From positions 24,421 through 88,420 of the forward strand of contig JADJXO010000007.1 in NCBI GenBank assembly GCA_016715825.1: DNA of 64,000 nt, given 5' to 3'. The notes beneath the pieces are model-generated. The model saw only the letters and a program-made list of their open reading frames with translations. It was not told the origin of the DNA and did not search any database. Shown here piece by piece: positions 41,100 through 51,274 of the stretch. Origin of the DNA: Nitrospira sp. (lineage in GTDB: Bacteria > Nitrospirota > Nitrospiria > Nitrospirales > Nitrospiraceae). A program made the position numbers and the translations under genes. Position 1 is the first letter of the stretch; every line of letters starts with the position of its first letter.

Positions 41100-42269
41100 C
41101 TAACTGGCTGAATGGTCGAAAAACCAGATCAACGAAAAGAACACGAGATGTTGTCCCGGAGTCACTCCGATCCTCCCGGGACCGATGAAGTCTCCTGTGA
41201 AGAAGCCGCCCTCTGCACCGCGCGAGTCGTCGTAACGATGCTCAAGTCTACTAAGGAAGGTATGAAGACCCATACGCCACCTGTATTCACCCGTCGACGT
41301 GATGGCCGTGATGAATTGTTCGGCGCCGGTGATTCTCGCGTTACGATCCCAATAGAACTCAGGACGGAACGCGACGCTCCAGGGACCGCTGATATTCCAG
41401 CCGGCGAAGAGGGCAGCTGCCGTCCAAACGGTGGGAGGATGGCCTGGAAGCTCGGCCGCGTTTTCGGTACCGATGTCGTAGGCTGCAGCAACAATGACCG
41501 GTCCGTCATTCCACTCCACGATGCTGTTTGAGAAAAAGCGCCAGAATTCGACAGCCGTGTTCGACTGATCAGGGCCATAATACAGATTTTCGGTCAATGT
41601 CAGCCGACTAGTGAGCTTCCAGACGACTTGCGTGCCATAGCTGGGTTGATTGTTAATGTGGGAGAGATAGTTGTATCCGTTGATGACATAGAATCCGAGC
41701 TGCACGTCCGCATTAACCGGATAGGTCGCCCCGAGCCCAAAAATGAAATAGGGCGAATTATCAGCCATGTAGGTTCGAGTGTAGTTTAAATTGTACCGTG
41801 AATAGATCGATTGATAGCCGATGTAGCTGTTAAAGAGACCGGCCGTGACCTTCAATCCGTTGCGGATCGGCACAAGAAACGAGATATTGGCACGAGAGAA
41901 GTGCTGGAGCTGATTCGCATGGTCGATCGGTCTATCCCGGCCTGGGATTGCGGGAGGAGCGAGGCCGTCTGTGTCGTTCCCTTCTTGTAGACCGAACTCC
42001 AGTCCCCAGCGCGACCGTTCGGTCGCATCCTTTCTGATGTACCCGACCACCATGTTGAGCGCCGGTTCATTGACGTTGGGCGTTGTGGTTTTGGAGCGCC
42101 ACAGGTGATTCTCCGGAAAGTTGGAGTCGATCACATAGCTCAGGTCGATAGATCCTCCATAATGCCAGTCATTGATACCTGAGTCAGTCTCGGCTGCGAA
42201 GCCTGATAGGGGCAGAGTCCAGATCGCGAACGCCAGGGCTATGAGCTGGAAAGTCTCAGTTCTCCTCAT
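41100..42269 (-). CDS. Outer-membrane beta-barrel porin (BBP2/OmpL-like)
   Basis: Signal peptide; AGLFNSYIGYQSI...NLNYTRTY...PYFIFG...INGYN pattern; amphipathic beta strands. Confidence 0.8.
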   Translation of the reverse strand: MRRTETFQLIALAFAIWTLPLSGFAAETDSGINDWHYGGSIDLSYVIDSNFPENHLWRSKTTTPNVNEPALNMVVGYIRKDATERSRWGLEFGLQEGNDTDGLAPPAIPGRDRPIDHANQLQHFSRANISFLVPIRNGLKVTAGLFNSYIGYQSIYSRYNLNYTRTYMADNSPYFIFGLGATYPVNADVQLGFYVINGYNYLSHINNQPSYGTQVVWKLTSRLTLTENLYYGPDQSNTAVEFWRFFSNSIVEWNDGPVIVAAAYDIGTENAAELPGHPPTVWTAAALFAGWNISGPWSVAFRPEFYWDRNARITGAEQFITAITSTGEYRWRMGLHTFLSRLEHRYDDSRGAEGGFFTGDFIGPGRIGVTPGQHLVFFSLIWFFDHSAS

Positions 42270-42349
42270 TATAGGGCCACCCCGCCTCTTGTCGGTGTCT
42301 TTCCTGGTATCACATTGCGTTACTGTTGAGTCGATTCTGTGGTCTTTGT

Positions 42350-44143
42350 TCATGTGGGCTGGAACGGCCAGAAGATGGGAATGAAGATAGTGGCTAGAAT
42401 CCAGAACAGGAGATTCAGAGGAGCGCCGACACGGAGAAAATCAGTAAACGTGTATTGGCCTGGTCCATAGATCAACGTGTTTGTTTGGTAGCCTACGGGA
42501 GTCATGAAACTGGCCGAGGCGGCGAACGTGATAGCCATGAGAAACGGTCGGGGATCCACCTCGAGTGACTGAGCGGCGGCGATGGCGATGGGTGTGAGGA
42601 GCGCGGCGGTGGCGTTGTTCGACATGGCCTCCGTAAGCAGCGAGGTGATGAGATAGAAGGCCGATACAAGCGCGATGGGACCCCAGAGCCCGACCGTCGC
42701 AAGCAGCCAGTTCGATAACAACAGGGCTGTTCCGGTCTTTTCAAGTGCGACCCCCAACGTCAGCACTCCGGCGAGCAGAAAAATGATTTTCCATTCGACC
42801 GCCTGATACGCTTCTTCCATGGTCAGACAGCCTGTCAGGATGAGCAGTGCACAGCCGCTGATGGCACTGATGACGATGGGAACGACATTGAGTGCCGCTG
42901 CACCTACCACGGCGGCGATAATGGCCAGGGCGGTCAGGAGTTTTTGGGTTCGAAACGTTGAAAGGCCGACATCCGACAGCATGACGAAAGCAGGACTGTC
43001 TCTCAGCCGCTTGAACGAATCGGTTCGCACTTTGAGCAAGAGCATGTCGCCGCCTCGCAGGATGCGCGTATTGAGATTCTCGTGCACGAGTTCGCCGTGA
43101 TGACGGATGGCTAGAACGGTGGCACCGAAATTGTCCTTAAATCGGATGCCGCTGACGGATCGGCCGTCCAACACTGAATAGGGTGCTACAACAGCTTCCA
43201 TCAGCCGGGTCTCGTCGGATTCCAAATCCTTATCGCGCCACTGCATCTCGGATTTCAGCGTGATCCCCTCCCGCTCCTGAAGGCGCGTGATTTGTGCGGC
43301 GTTACACCGGACAAGCAGAATGTCGTCGGCTTGCAACATCGTGTGGGGGCCGGGAAATTGCAATCGACCCGCGTGGCGCCGGACCTCTAGAATTTCGAGG
43401 TCGATATCCTTCCCGAGCGGAGCATCGGCGATCGTTGTGCCGACGGATTGGGCCTCAGGAAGCAGCACGATTTCCGTCAGATACTCACCCATGGCGAACC
43501 GTTGCGTCAGGTCGTCTTCCATTCGGCGGTCCGGGATCATTCGCGAGCCGACGACGAGCATGTACACCGTCCCTCCGAAGAAGAAGACCAGCCCGAGTTG
43601 CGTCATTTCAAACATGCCAAGTCCGGGCTGCCCATACCGTTCGGCGATGGAGCTGACCAGGATATTGGTCGAGCTCCCGATCAGTGTACAGACGCCTCCG
43701 AACATGGATGCGAATGACAGGGGCATGAGGAGTTTGGAAGGGGCCATGCGCATGTTCCGCGCCGTTTCCATGACGACCGGCAGGAGCATGGCGACGGCAG
43801 CGGTATTGTTGATGAAAGCAGAGATGGCGCCGATACCCGTCATCATCGCGAGCGTCATGATCCTCGAACCATACCGGCTGAGTTTGTGTAAGCCCGCCCC
43901 GAGCATATTCACGGCGCCGCTCTTAAACAGTCCGGCGCTCAACACCAGCATCGCACCGACGGTGACGGTCGCGGGATTACTGAATCCCGAAAGGCCTTCC
44001 TCCGGTGTGATGATTCGGCTCATCATCAGTGTGGCGATGATGGTCAGCGCCACCAGATCCAGCGGGACCTTCTCGGTGATGAATAAGATCACCGCAGACA
44101 GCATGACGATGAGCACGAGGGCCATCTCAACGGTCATAGGCAC
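42350..44143 (-). CDS. SLC13/CitMHS-type permease with two TrkA-C domains
   Basis: GFSNPAT, SAFINNTA, PLSFASMFGGVCTLIGSSTN, two TrkA-C domains, SNNATA, FMTPVGYQTN. Confidence 0.92.
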   Translation of the reverse strand: MPMTVEMALVLIVMLSAVILFITEKVPLDLVALTIIATLMMSRIITPEEGLSGFSNPATVTVGAMLVLSAGLFKSGAVNMLGAGLHKLSRYGSRIMTLAMMTGIGAISAFINNTAAVAMLLPVVMETARNMRMAPSKLLMPLSFASMFGGVCTLIGSSTNILVSSIAERYGQPGLGMFEMTQLGLVFFFGGTVYMLVVGSRMIPDRRMEDDLTQRFAMGEYLTEIVLLPEAQSVGTTIADAPLGKDIDLEILEVRRHAGRLQFPGPHTMLQADDILLVRCNAAQITRLQEREGITLKSEMQWRDKDLESDETRLMEAVVAPYSVLDGRSVSGIRFKDNFGATVLAIRHHGELVHENLNTRILRGGDMLLLKVRTDSFKRLRDSPAFVMLSDVGLSTFRTQKLLTALAIIAAVVGAAALNVVPIVISAISGCALLILTGCLTMEEAYQAVEWKIIFLLAGVLTLGVALEKTGTALLLSNWLLATVGLWGPIALVSAFYLITSLLTEAMSNNATAALLTPIAIAAAQSLEVDPRPFLMAITFAASASFMTPVGYQTNTLIYGPGQYTFTDFLRVGAPLNLLFWILATIFIPIFWPFQPT

Positions 44144-44194
44144 GCTCCATACGGAGGGCGACCGTCACTGCGGCTTGCGCACGGAGGGTGATGA

Positions 44195-46285
44195 TCACCT
44201 GATGCTTCCTTCGGATGGTGGAGACTCCTGACGTAGCTGCGGCGAACCCAACGGCCAAATCCTGAGGCCCGTCGGCTGGTAGCTCTTCGGCAGATACTGA
44301 TCGGGAATCGTCGTCCGGTTGCCGTCACGAATTTGGGTGTAATGGGGGGACATGATCTCCAGGCCCGCTTCGTTGAACTGGTCCTGGATATGCTGGTGGA
44401 GTTCCGAGTAGATGGCGGCCATCTTATTCGGAGCGCCGGTATAGGCATTGATTTCGTAGGTCACGTAGAAATCATTCAAGCTGGTTTGCAAGACGAAGGG
44501 CTCCGGTGTCTCCAGAATATGCGTGGTCTGTTGAGCAGCGGTAATGAGCAGCTCATGGACCTTCTGCCACGGGGCGGCGTAGCCGATGGTCACGCTCGTA
44601 TGGAGAACGAGCGGTGGAGGTTGCATCGATGATGAACTGAAGTTGATGATGTGCGAGCCAAGGACCAAGGCGTTGGGAATCGTGACGTCGACGTTCTTAA
44701 TGGTTCGGACCCTCGTGACAAGCAGGGTGTTTTCCGTAACGTCTCCGACGGTGTCGGCGATCTTGACTCGGTCACCGATGCTGAACGGTCGCATGTAGGT
44801 CAAGACCACACCGGCAACGATGTTGCTGAACGATCCGGCGGCACCCAGCGAGACGAGGACTCCAAGAAACACCGAGATGCCTCTGAACGCTTCGGAATGT
44901 GATCCTGGAATGTAGGGAAAAATCGCGACCGCGGCGAAGACCAGGACGAAAAAGCGGACGATTTTATAGGTCGGGGTCGCCCATTCACGATGAAAGCCTT
45001 GAAAGGTGATCGCCCCGCGCTCCATCCCATTGAAGAACAAGTGGATGAGCTTGATGACGTAATTGGTGACGACGATGATCATCACGATGGCGATGAGGTC
45101 CGGTACTGAGGCGATAAACTCGTGACCGATCATCCTGACCGGTTCGATCATATAGTTCAGCAGTTCGACCGACAGTTTGCGGGTGGCTTGGAAAAATCCC
45201 AGAACCGATGTGATGTAGAGGTAGGTGAGCGTGACGTACGCTGCCAATCGAATGATCCGCAACAACCCCAGTAGGCCGTCCGAGATTTGCGCGCCGGTCA
45301 GCAGTTCCACGCGCTGAACCTTGAGCGAGTAGGTTGTCGTGAAACCCCAGGCGGACACCTTGTCCAACATGCGTGGGAACAGCTGCTGGAAGGCTTTTAG
45401 AAATCCCCAGAACAGCCCTGTGGCGACCAGTGCTAACAGAAGGCCGATGACCAGCCCTCCTCCGTTGGCGAATAGGGTCTGAATCTGTTCAAAGGGTACC
45501 GCCAGCGACTCCAGAAACCTCTGCTCGAATGCCCGCGTTTGAGAGAAGAGGTTCAAGACGAAGTGAAAGTACCAATAGAGGGCGAGACCGGAGAGGACAC
45601 CTCGAAGGACTCTGCTGCAGAACACAAGGACGTTGCTGAGGTGGTCCGCTGCGATCAGTTCTAAGCCGAGAAGTGAAACGGCGCGCAGTCGTGTCTCGCT
45701 CCACACGTCAAGGGCTTCGTAGAGCTGAGGGAAGAAGACATAAGAGGCCACGGCAAAGAAGATCAACAACGCCGTCGCGACGCCGGCCCATAGCAGATTC
45801 CGCACGTTCAGTTCCGGCCCTGATTCGCGTGTTGGTTGGGTTGGCGGAGAACCTGCGAGGGCTTCTCGGATCTTTTCCGTCTGCTCCTCGGCCAATAGGC
45901 GTCGTGGTTTTCCCGCCGCCTTGGCCTCATTGTCGGTCACGACGAAGAGGACTTCCTCCGACGTCAACACATAAGCGGTCTGTTCATGGTCCTCGACCCT
46001 GAGGCTCTCGATGACAGAAGGTGTCGCCCGAGTCAGGCGATCGAGGCGTGTTTCGATCGCAGCCGCTCGGGAAGCGGCATCGACGTTGGCCAGTCCGGTC
46101 CGAAGCGTGAACAAGGTCTCGCCGTGGAGGCGAACCGGAACGCCCGAACCGGCCCCTGACGATTCGGCAAAGGCGGGAACAGTAATCAGACAGGCCAGCA
46201 GGAAGACGCCGATTGCGAAGGGCATCCGAATGTCTGTCGCGAAGGGGGAGTTCCGGCTACTCAATTGATCGAGGCCCCTTTCCAA
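44195..46285 (-). CDS. MscS-family channel with periplasmic N-terminal domain and extra TM helices
   Basis: C-terminal MscS core (SNIVAGVVLTYMRPFSIGDRVKI, IPNA, LNDFYVTYE, GLEIMSPHY). Confidence 0.9.
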   Translation of the reverse strand: MERGLDQLSSRNSPFATDIRMPFAIGVFLLACLITVPAFAESSGAGSGVPVRLHGETLFTLRTGLANVDAASRAAAIETRLDRLTRATPSVIESLRVEDHEQTAYVLTSEEVLFVVTDNEAKAAGKPRRLLAEEQTEKIREALAGSPPTQPTRESGPELNVRNLLWAGVATALLIFFAVASYVFFPQLYEALDVWSETRLRAVSLLGLELIAADHLSNVLVFCSRVLRGVLSGLALYWYFHFVLNLFSQTRAFEQRFLESLAVPFEQIQTLFANGGGLVIGLLLALVATGLFWGFLKAFQQLFPRMLDKVSAWGFTTTYSLKVQRVELLTGAQISDGLLGLLRIIRLAAYVTLTYLYITSVLGFFQATRKLSVELLNYMIEPVRMIGHEFIASVPDLIAIVMIIVVTNYVIKLIHLFFNGMERGAITFQGFHREWATPTYKIVRFFVLVFAAVAIFPYIPGSHSEAFRGISVFLGVLVSLGAAGSFSNIVAGVVLTYMRPFSIGDRVKIADTVGDVTENTLLVTRVRTIKNVDVTIPNALVLGSHIINFSSSSMQPPPLVLHTSVTIGYAAPWQKVHELLITAAQQTTHILETPEPFVLQTSLNDFYVTYEINAYTGAPNKMAAIYSELHQHIQDQFNEAGLEIMSPHYTQIRDGNRTTIPDQYLPKSYQPTGLRIWPLGSPQLRQESPPSEGSIR

Positions 46286-46447
46286 GGTGGAATTCTGATT
46301 TCAGGAAAAATACGCAGTTATTGTGCCACGGCATCTATCTTTCCGCTAGGGACAAACGGGTATTTGGCATCTTTTCTCTCAGCCGTGATGAGTTGCCTAG
46401 AGGAAATGAGCAATGCATAATGCGGTTGCGAATGGGGTCGAAGTCGT

Positions 46448-47740
46448 GTGGAAGAGCATGGATCGATGGATTCTCTAAGCGTTGAACTCGTACTGGGCTT
46501 GACCGGATTGGTCATCCTGGTCGGCTTGGGGGGAGAGCTGGCGTTCAAACGGACCGGCATTCCCAGCGTGCTGTTCCTGATGGGATTTGGAATCTTGTTA
46601 GGACCGGTTTTTCATGTGGCTGAACCGACCGCCGTCATGAAATTGGCTCCGTACTTCGGAACCTTGGCACTGCTGATCATCCTCTTCGACGGCGGCATCA
46701 ACCTCCATATCATGAAAGTCGTCAGCGAGACGCCGTTGGCGCTGCTTTATTCCGTGCTGGTCTTCGGTCTGACGATTCTCACGATCATGGGCTTTTATGT
46801 GTGGATCACCCATGCGTCATGGTTGCACGGATTGCTTCTTGGCACCATCCTGGGAGGAACCGCGGCCGCCATCATCATTCCGGTGACGTCGCATATGTCC
46901 TCTCTCCGTGATTCGACGAAGGTGTTGTTGAGCCTCGATTCGGCCATCTCCGAAGTCTTTGTCGTGGTGCTGGCGTTGGCCTTGATGGGGACGATGAGGG
47001 AGACCGCCGGTGGGGGGCATTTTATTCGCGAGGTGTTTCATGCCTTTTGGGATGCGATCATGCTCGCGCTCCTGGCCGGCGCACTGTGGGCACGACTATT
47101 GGCCTGGCTCGAGGGGCAAGCGCTGTCCTACATGCTCACGATGGCCGCAATTTTGGTGCTGTACTATGTGGCGGAATTGATCGGCGCCAATGGAGCCATC
47201 ACGATTCTTTTATTCGGCCTCGTGCTGAGTAACATGGAGTTTCTTGTGGGGCACATGGTCAGACCGATCCGCATGTTGATCGGGTACGAGTTGGACCAGG
47301 CACAATTCGTGTTGAGCGAGTTCATGAAACGAATGAACGAAGAACTCTCATTTCTCGTGCGGACCTTCTTTTATGTATTGCTGGGGTTGATACTTGACGT
47401 TTCCGCATTGACCGTCGAGATTGCGTTGATGAGCTTGAGTTTGTTCTGTATCGTCGTGCTCGTTCGGGGTGCGGTTACGGAAGGGCTGGCTCGCGTCAGC
47501 AACTCATGGACATCGAGTGAGCGTCTGGTGATTGCTGCGATGTTCCCCCGAGGTGTGGCGACTGCAGTCATGGCCTTTCTTCCGACGTCCACGGGAATCC
47601 GTGGCACGGAACTGTTCCCGATCTATGCACTGACCGTGATCGTCCTGTGTGTGCTCGGCATGACGCTGGTCTTGACACTGTACCAACGACGGCATCCTTC
47701 GAGTACTGATCAATCAGTTCCGGAGCCATCGGTTTCGTGA
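46448..47740 (+). CDS. CPA1-family cation:proton antiporter
   Basis: RTGIPSVLFLMGFGILLGP, ILFDGG, GGTAAAII, FPRGVATAV; D-S-A-I-S-E where canonical NhaP has ES(L/A)xND. Confidence 0.88.
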   Translation: MEEHGSMDSLSVELVLGLTGLVILVGLGGELAFKRTGIPSVLFLMGFGILLGPVFHVAEPTAVMKLAPYFGTLALLIILFDGGINLHIMKVVSETPLALLYSVLVFGLTILTIMGFYVWITHASWLHGLLLGTILGGTAAAIIIPVTSHMSSLRDSTKVLLSLDSAISEVFVVVLALALMGTMRETAGGGHFIREVFHAFWDAIMLALLAGALWARLLAWLEGQALSYMLTMAAILVLYYVAELIGANGAITILLFGLVLSNMEFLVGHMVRPIRMLIGYELDQAQFVLSEFMKRMNEELSFLVRTFFYVLLGLILDVSALTVEIALMSLSLFCIVVLVRGAVTEGLARVSNSWTSSERLVIAAMFPRGVATAVMAFLPTSTGIRGTELFPIYALTVIVLCVLGMTLVLTLYQRRHPSSTDQSVPEPSVS

Positions 47741-47767
47741 AGACATTTCGAGTAACTGCCTTCCGAT

Positions 47768-49015
47768 TTGACGCTTCTGTCTATGTCGCTGATTGAAACC
47801 ATCACCATTCTCGTGTGCCTCTCCGCCGTGTTCAGCTACGTGAATCATCGGTACATCAAGTTGCCGGTGACGATCGGCCTGATGGCCATCGCCCTGGTGA
47901 TGTCGCTTGCACTCCTGCTGCTCGGGAAGCTCGGGTATGGGATCCAGGCGGAAGCCGAAAGCTTTATCCGCAGTATCGATTTCGATGAGACGCTCTTGCA
48001 CGGCATGCTCAGCTTTCTGCTCTTTGCCGGTGCGCTGCATATCAATCTGGACGATCTGCTGGAGCAGAAATGGTTCATCGGGACGTTGGCCTGTCTGGGG
48101 GTCATGGTGTCGGCCAGCATCGTCGGTGCATTGACGTATCTCTTGCTTGGTTGGATCGGACTGCCGATTCCGTTCATCGGGTGCCTGCTGTTCGGTGCGT
48201 TGATCTCTCCCACCGATCCTATCGCAGTCCTGGGGATTTTGAAAAATGCCAAGGCTCCGAAACAGCTTGAAATCAAGATCACCGGGGAGTCGCTGTTTAA
48301 CGATGGAGTCGGCGTCGCAGTGTTCCTCGTGCTTCTTGCCGTGGTAGAGACCGGGACCATCACGCCTGGTTCCATCGTCCTCCTATTCGTACAAGAAGCG
48401 CTGGGCGGGGCGGCCATCGGGCTCGCCTTGGGGTATCTGACCTATCTGATGCTGAAGTCGATCAATCAGCATCATGTCGAGATCTTATTGACGCTGGCGC
48501 TGGTGATGGGGGGATATGCGCTGGCTGATGCACTCCACGCGTCCGGTCCGATCGCCGTCGTGGTGTCCGGTCTGTTGATCGGCAACCAGGGCCGTCACCT
48601 GGCGATGTCCGAGACGACGCGGGAGTATTTGGATACGTTTTGGGAACTCATCGATGAATTGCTCAACGCCGTGCTCTTCGTCTTGATCGGTCTCGAGGTC
48701 TTGGCCCTGACCTTCAAGCCTGCGTATCTAGAGGCAGGCCTGATCGCGATTCCGCTGGTGCTCTTTGCTCGGTTCGTCAGTGTCAGTCTCCCGGTCCAAG
48801 CGTTCCGATTATTTCAAGAGTTTACCGACCGGGCCACGTTGATTCTGACCTGGGGCGGGCTGCGCGGTGGAATCTCAGTCGCGATGGCGCTTTCGCTCCC
48901 GCCCTCTTCCTATCGGGATGTGCTGATCACGATGACCTACATCGTGGTGGTCTTTTCAATCCTCGTTCAGGGCCTCACCATCGAACGTCTGGTGCGAGCT
49001 TCGTCGCGGGCATAA
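47768..49015 (+). CDS. nhaP: NhaP/YjcE-type Na+/H+ antiporter (CPA1)
   Basis: LLFAGALH, ALISPTDPIAV, GESLFNDG, WGGLRGGIS, VQGLTI. Confidence 0.92.
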   Translation: MTLLSMSLIETITILVCLSAVFSYVNHRYIKLPVTIGLMAIALVMSLALLLLGKLGYGIQAEAESFIRSIDFDETLLHGMLSFLLFAGALHINLDDLLEQKWFIGTLACLGVMVSASIVGALTYLLLGWIGLPIPFIGCLLFGALISPTDPIAVLGILKNAKAPKQLEIKITGESLFNDGVGVAVFLVLLAVVETGTITPGSIVLLFVQEALGGAAIGLALGYLTYLMLKSINQHHVEILLTLALVMGGYALADALHASGPIAVVVSGLLIGNQGRHLAMSETTREYLDTFWELIDELLNAVLFVLIGLEVLALTFKPAYLEAGLIAIPLVLFARFVSVSLPVQAFRLFQEFTDRATLILTWGGLRGGISVAMALSLPPSSYRDVLITMTYIVVVFSILVQGLTIERLVRASSRA

Positions 49016-49068
49016 GCGACGAAACGCCGCCGGAGAATCGCACCGTTAGGTCGCGGATACATGAATGG

Positions 49069-50127
49069 TTATTCCGTGTTGGTCGGCGAACTCGTGAAGA
49101 GTACCATGATGTCCCCGTCCTGAAGGGGACCTGCCTGATCCAGATTCAAATAGGGATACATGGTTTTCTTGCGATAGAGACGGAGCAAAAGATCAGGGTG
49201 TAGGTCGGCAGGGGATTTCCCGATTTCATCAGGCGTGACCGTTCGTTCCACCAAGGCAACGTTACCCCGCGTGGTCAGCAGATCGTCGAGGTACTGCACC
49301 ATGTGCCCTTGATCCACGGCCGCCGCCAGAATGTAGCCGCCGAAGGTTGCGGGAGAAAGAATGGCGTCCGCTCCTCCCTGTTTGAAGAGTTTGACGTTCT
49401 CTTCTTGTTTGGCGCTGACGATGATGCGGACCTTTGGATTGAGGTGTCTGGCCGTGAGCAGGATGAGCGCATTGGCGTCGTCGATACCCGCGGCAACGAT
49501 CACGGCTTTGGCCTTATCGATGACGGCGTCGCGCAAGACGGATTCTTGCGTGGTATCGGCCTGCAAGGCGGCAATTCCCAGGGTACCGGCCAGGCGCACG
49601 CGCTCTTCCGACCTGTCGATCACCAGGATGTGCTCGGCTTTTGTGCCGCGTGCCAGGAGCTCTTTCGTTGCCGACATCCCGGTATGGCCGAAGCCACAGA
49701 CGATGATATGCCTGTCGAGATTCGCCTGGAGTTTCGCCATGCGGTATTCCTCCATGTATTGCCGGATGATCAACTGATAGGCTGTCCCCAGAAACAAGAA
49801 CCAGATGCCGAAACGAACCGGCGTGACGACCAGCCCATCCAACAGTCGCGCACGGGTGGACACGGGAACGATGTCCCCGTAGCCGACCGTCGTCACGGTG
49901 ATCATGGTGAAATACACCACGTCCGAGAAGGACAGCTCGCCGTCGGCATGATCGCGCAACCCATCACGATCCACCCAGAGTAGGGTGAATACAAAACAGA
50001 ACAGAAGAAACACAAGCAGCAGTCGCGTGCCGAGAATTCTGGCCGGAGACCAACCGTTCGGTGTAACCAGGAGGCGGGGACCGACCGTGTCAGTGCGGCC
50101 TCCCCATGCGGAATGATATTTCTCCAT
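49069..50127 (-). CDS. 2-TM potassium channel with RCK (TrkA-N) domain
   Basis: Selectivity filter TTVGYGD; HIIVCGFGHTG RCK motif; LTARHLNP. Confidence 0.93.
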   Translation of the reverse strand: MEKYHSAWGGRTDTVGPRLLVTPNGWSPARILGTRLLLVFLLFCFVFTLLWVDRDGLRDHADGELSFSDVVYFTMITVTTVGYGDIVPVSTRARLLDGLVVTPVRFGIWFLFLGTAYQLIIRQYMEEYRMAKLQANLDRHIIVCGFGHTGMSATKELLARGTKAEHILVIDRSEERVRLAGTLGIAALQADTTQESVLRDAVIDKAKAVIVAAGIDDANALILLTARHLNPKVRIIVSAKQEENVKLFKQGGADAILSPATFGGYILAAAVDQGHMVQYLDDLLTTRGNVALVERTVTPDEIGKSPADLHPDLLLRLYRKKTMYPYLNLDQAGPLQDGDIMVLFTSSPTNTE

Positions 50128-50135
50128 TCGATCAA

Positions 50136-50516
50136 CTACGGTGTGTTCGGGCGTGATTCGGAGTCCTGATCCGCCGTAGAAGCCTCAACTCGTTCGAGTA
50201 CCGGATTTTCTACGAATGGGGAGTAGGTTCTCAGCCGGATCGTCGTGGTGTATCCTTCTGCAACGAGGAGGTCGATCTCCTCGATCTTTTGGGTAAAGGT
50301 CGCCAAGAGCACCCCTTTGGGTGTGGACAAGGTCATCAGTAAGCGATTCGACTCGCGTTCCTTCTTCACGACCCTCCCACTCACAGACTCGATCTGGTTC
50401 GCCGGGATAAACTGTCTGGTATAGGGCTCCAGCAATTCAGGAGCGACGAGATCCACGACGACCGAGGAGAGGAAGCCCAGTATAAATCCGCCAAGCAGGC
50501 CCGCCCATGTTTTCAT
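50136..50516 (-). CDS. Hypothetical membrane-anchored OB-fold-like protein
   Basis: N-terminal TM (GLLGGFILGFLSSVVV) then beta-rich soluble part; 4-nt overlap with upstream gene. Confidence 0.7.
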   Translation of the reverse strand: MKTWAGLLGGFILGFLSSVVVDLVAPELLEPYTRQFIPANQIESVSGRVVKKERESNRLLMTLSTPKGVLLATFTQKIEEIDLLVAEGYTTTIRLRTYSPFVENPVLERVEASTADQDSESRPNTP

Positions 50517-50767
50517 TTGTCTGATCCAGTGTCTTGTGGTGGAGGAACGTTCTTATCTTTTTCCTGAGTCTCCGAGCCCCGTACCAAATGCTCAAGGCGA
50601 TGTAAAATGTCGGCAGTCGTTTCTCTGGCCCCTTTTGCCACATCCTCGGTCTTGTTGGTGAGATGGTCCATCTGCTGTTTGAGATCCTTCAACCCTCCGG
50701 TGCGCTGGAGCGCGACGTAAGCCATGGCGATGGCTATGAGTGACAGGATAATCGCCAAAATTGCCAT
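50513..50767 (-). CDS. Small membrane-anchored coiled-coil protein
   Basis: MAILAIILSLIAIAMAYVAL TM then helical segment; SD GGAG upstream. Confidence 0.7.
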   Translation of the reverse strand: MAILAIILSLIAIAMAYVALQRTGGLKDLKQQMDHLTNKTEDVAKGARETTADILHRLEHLVRGSETQEKDKNVPPPQDTGSDK

Positions 50768-51017
50768 ACCCGTTCTCCCTTCTCAGATCTTAAGATGAAT
50801 CCGACACGCCATGCGACTGTAGTCGGTGTGGTGCCAAGATCATCAAAATGTCAGGAGTCAGTATGGCATGATCCGAAGGGCTTACGCCAGACCGGACAGG
50901 TACTGGTTTTCTGCAACGAGGTACAGGAAGGTATGTAACGGTGTCATCCTCTGCGATCTCAGCGCGGATAAGACAGGACCTAGGCAGAGGATGAGGAGGG
51001 ATTCAATCTCGGCCGTC

Positions 51018-51266
51018 TCATGCCGCCATGTGTGGCGGTCGACTCAGAATCTCCCGTTCCGCATCCAGCCAGTCTTGAAGATCGCAACCTTGCCGATAGC
51101 CCCGTTCCTCGTAGAGGGCATAGGCGCGGGTGGCAATCGTCTCTTGGAGTTCGTCCAGATCCTGACTCTGCTGATGAGCGGGCGAGGACGCCGGGACGTC
51201 ACTCGTGGCAACTGGTGTCACGGTTAGAGCGGTCGTGGTGGTCGCTGTGTGTCGTCGTAACATCAT
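51018..51266 (-). CDS. DUF2934 domain protein
   Basis: IATRAYALYEERGYRQGCDLQDWLDAEREI motif; SD GGAGG before ATG 51266. Confidence 0.88.
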   Translation of the reverse strand: MMLRRHTATTTTALTVTPVATSDVPASSPAHQQSQDLDELQETIATRAYALYEERGYRQGCDLQDWLDAEREILSRPPHMAA

Positions 51267-51274
51267 GCACCTCC

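Noticed and set aside
43287-44231. 314-aa plus-strand ORF, and similar long antisense ORFs (16841-17674, 39257-39928, 49303-49983, 58701-59432)
   Set aside because: Shadows of strongly supported genes, expected from codon bias at this GC content.
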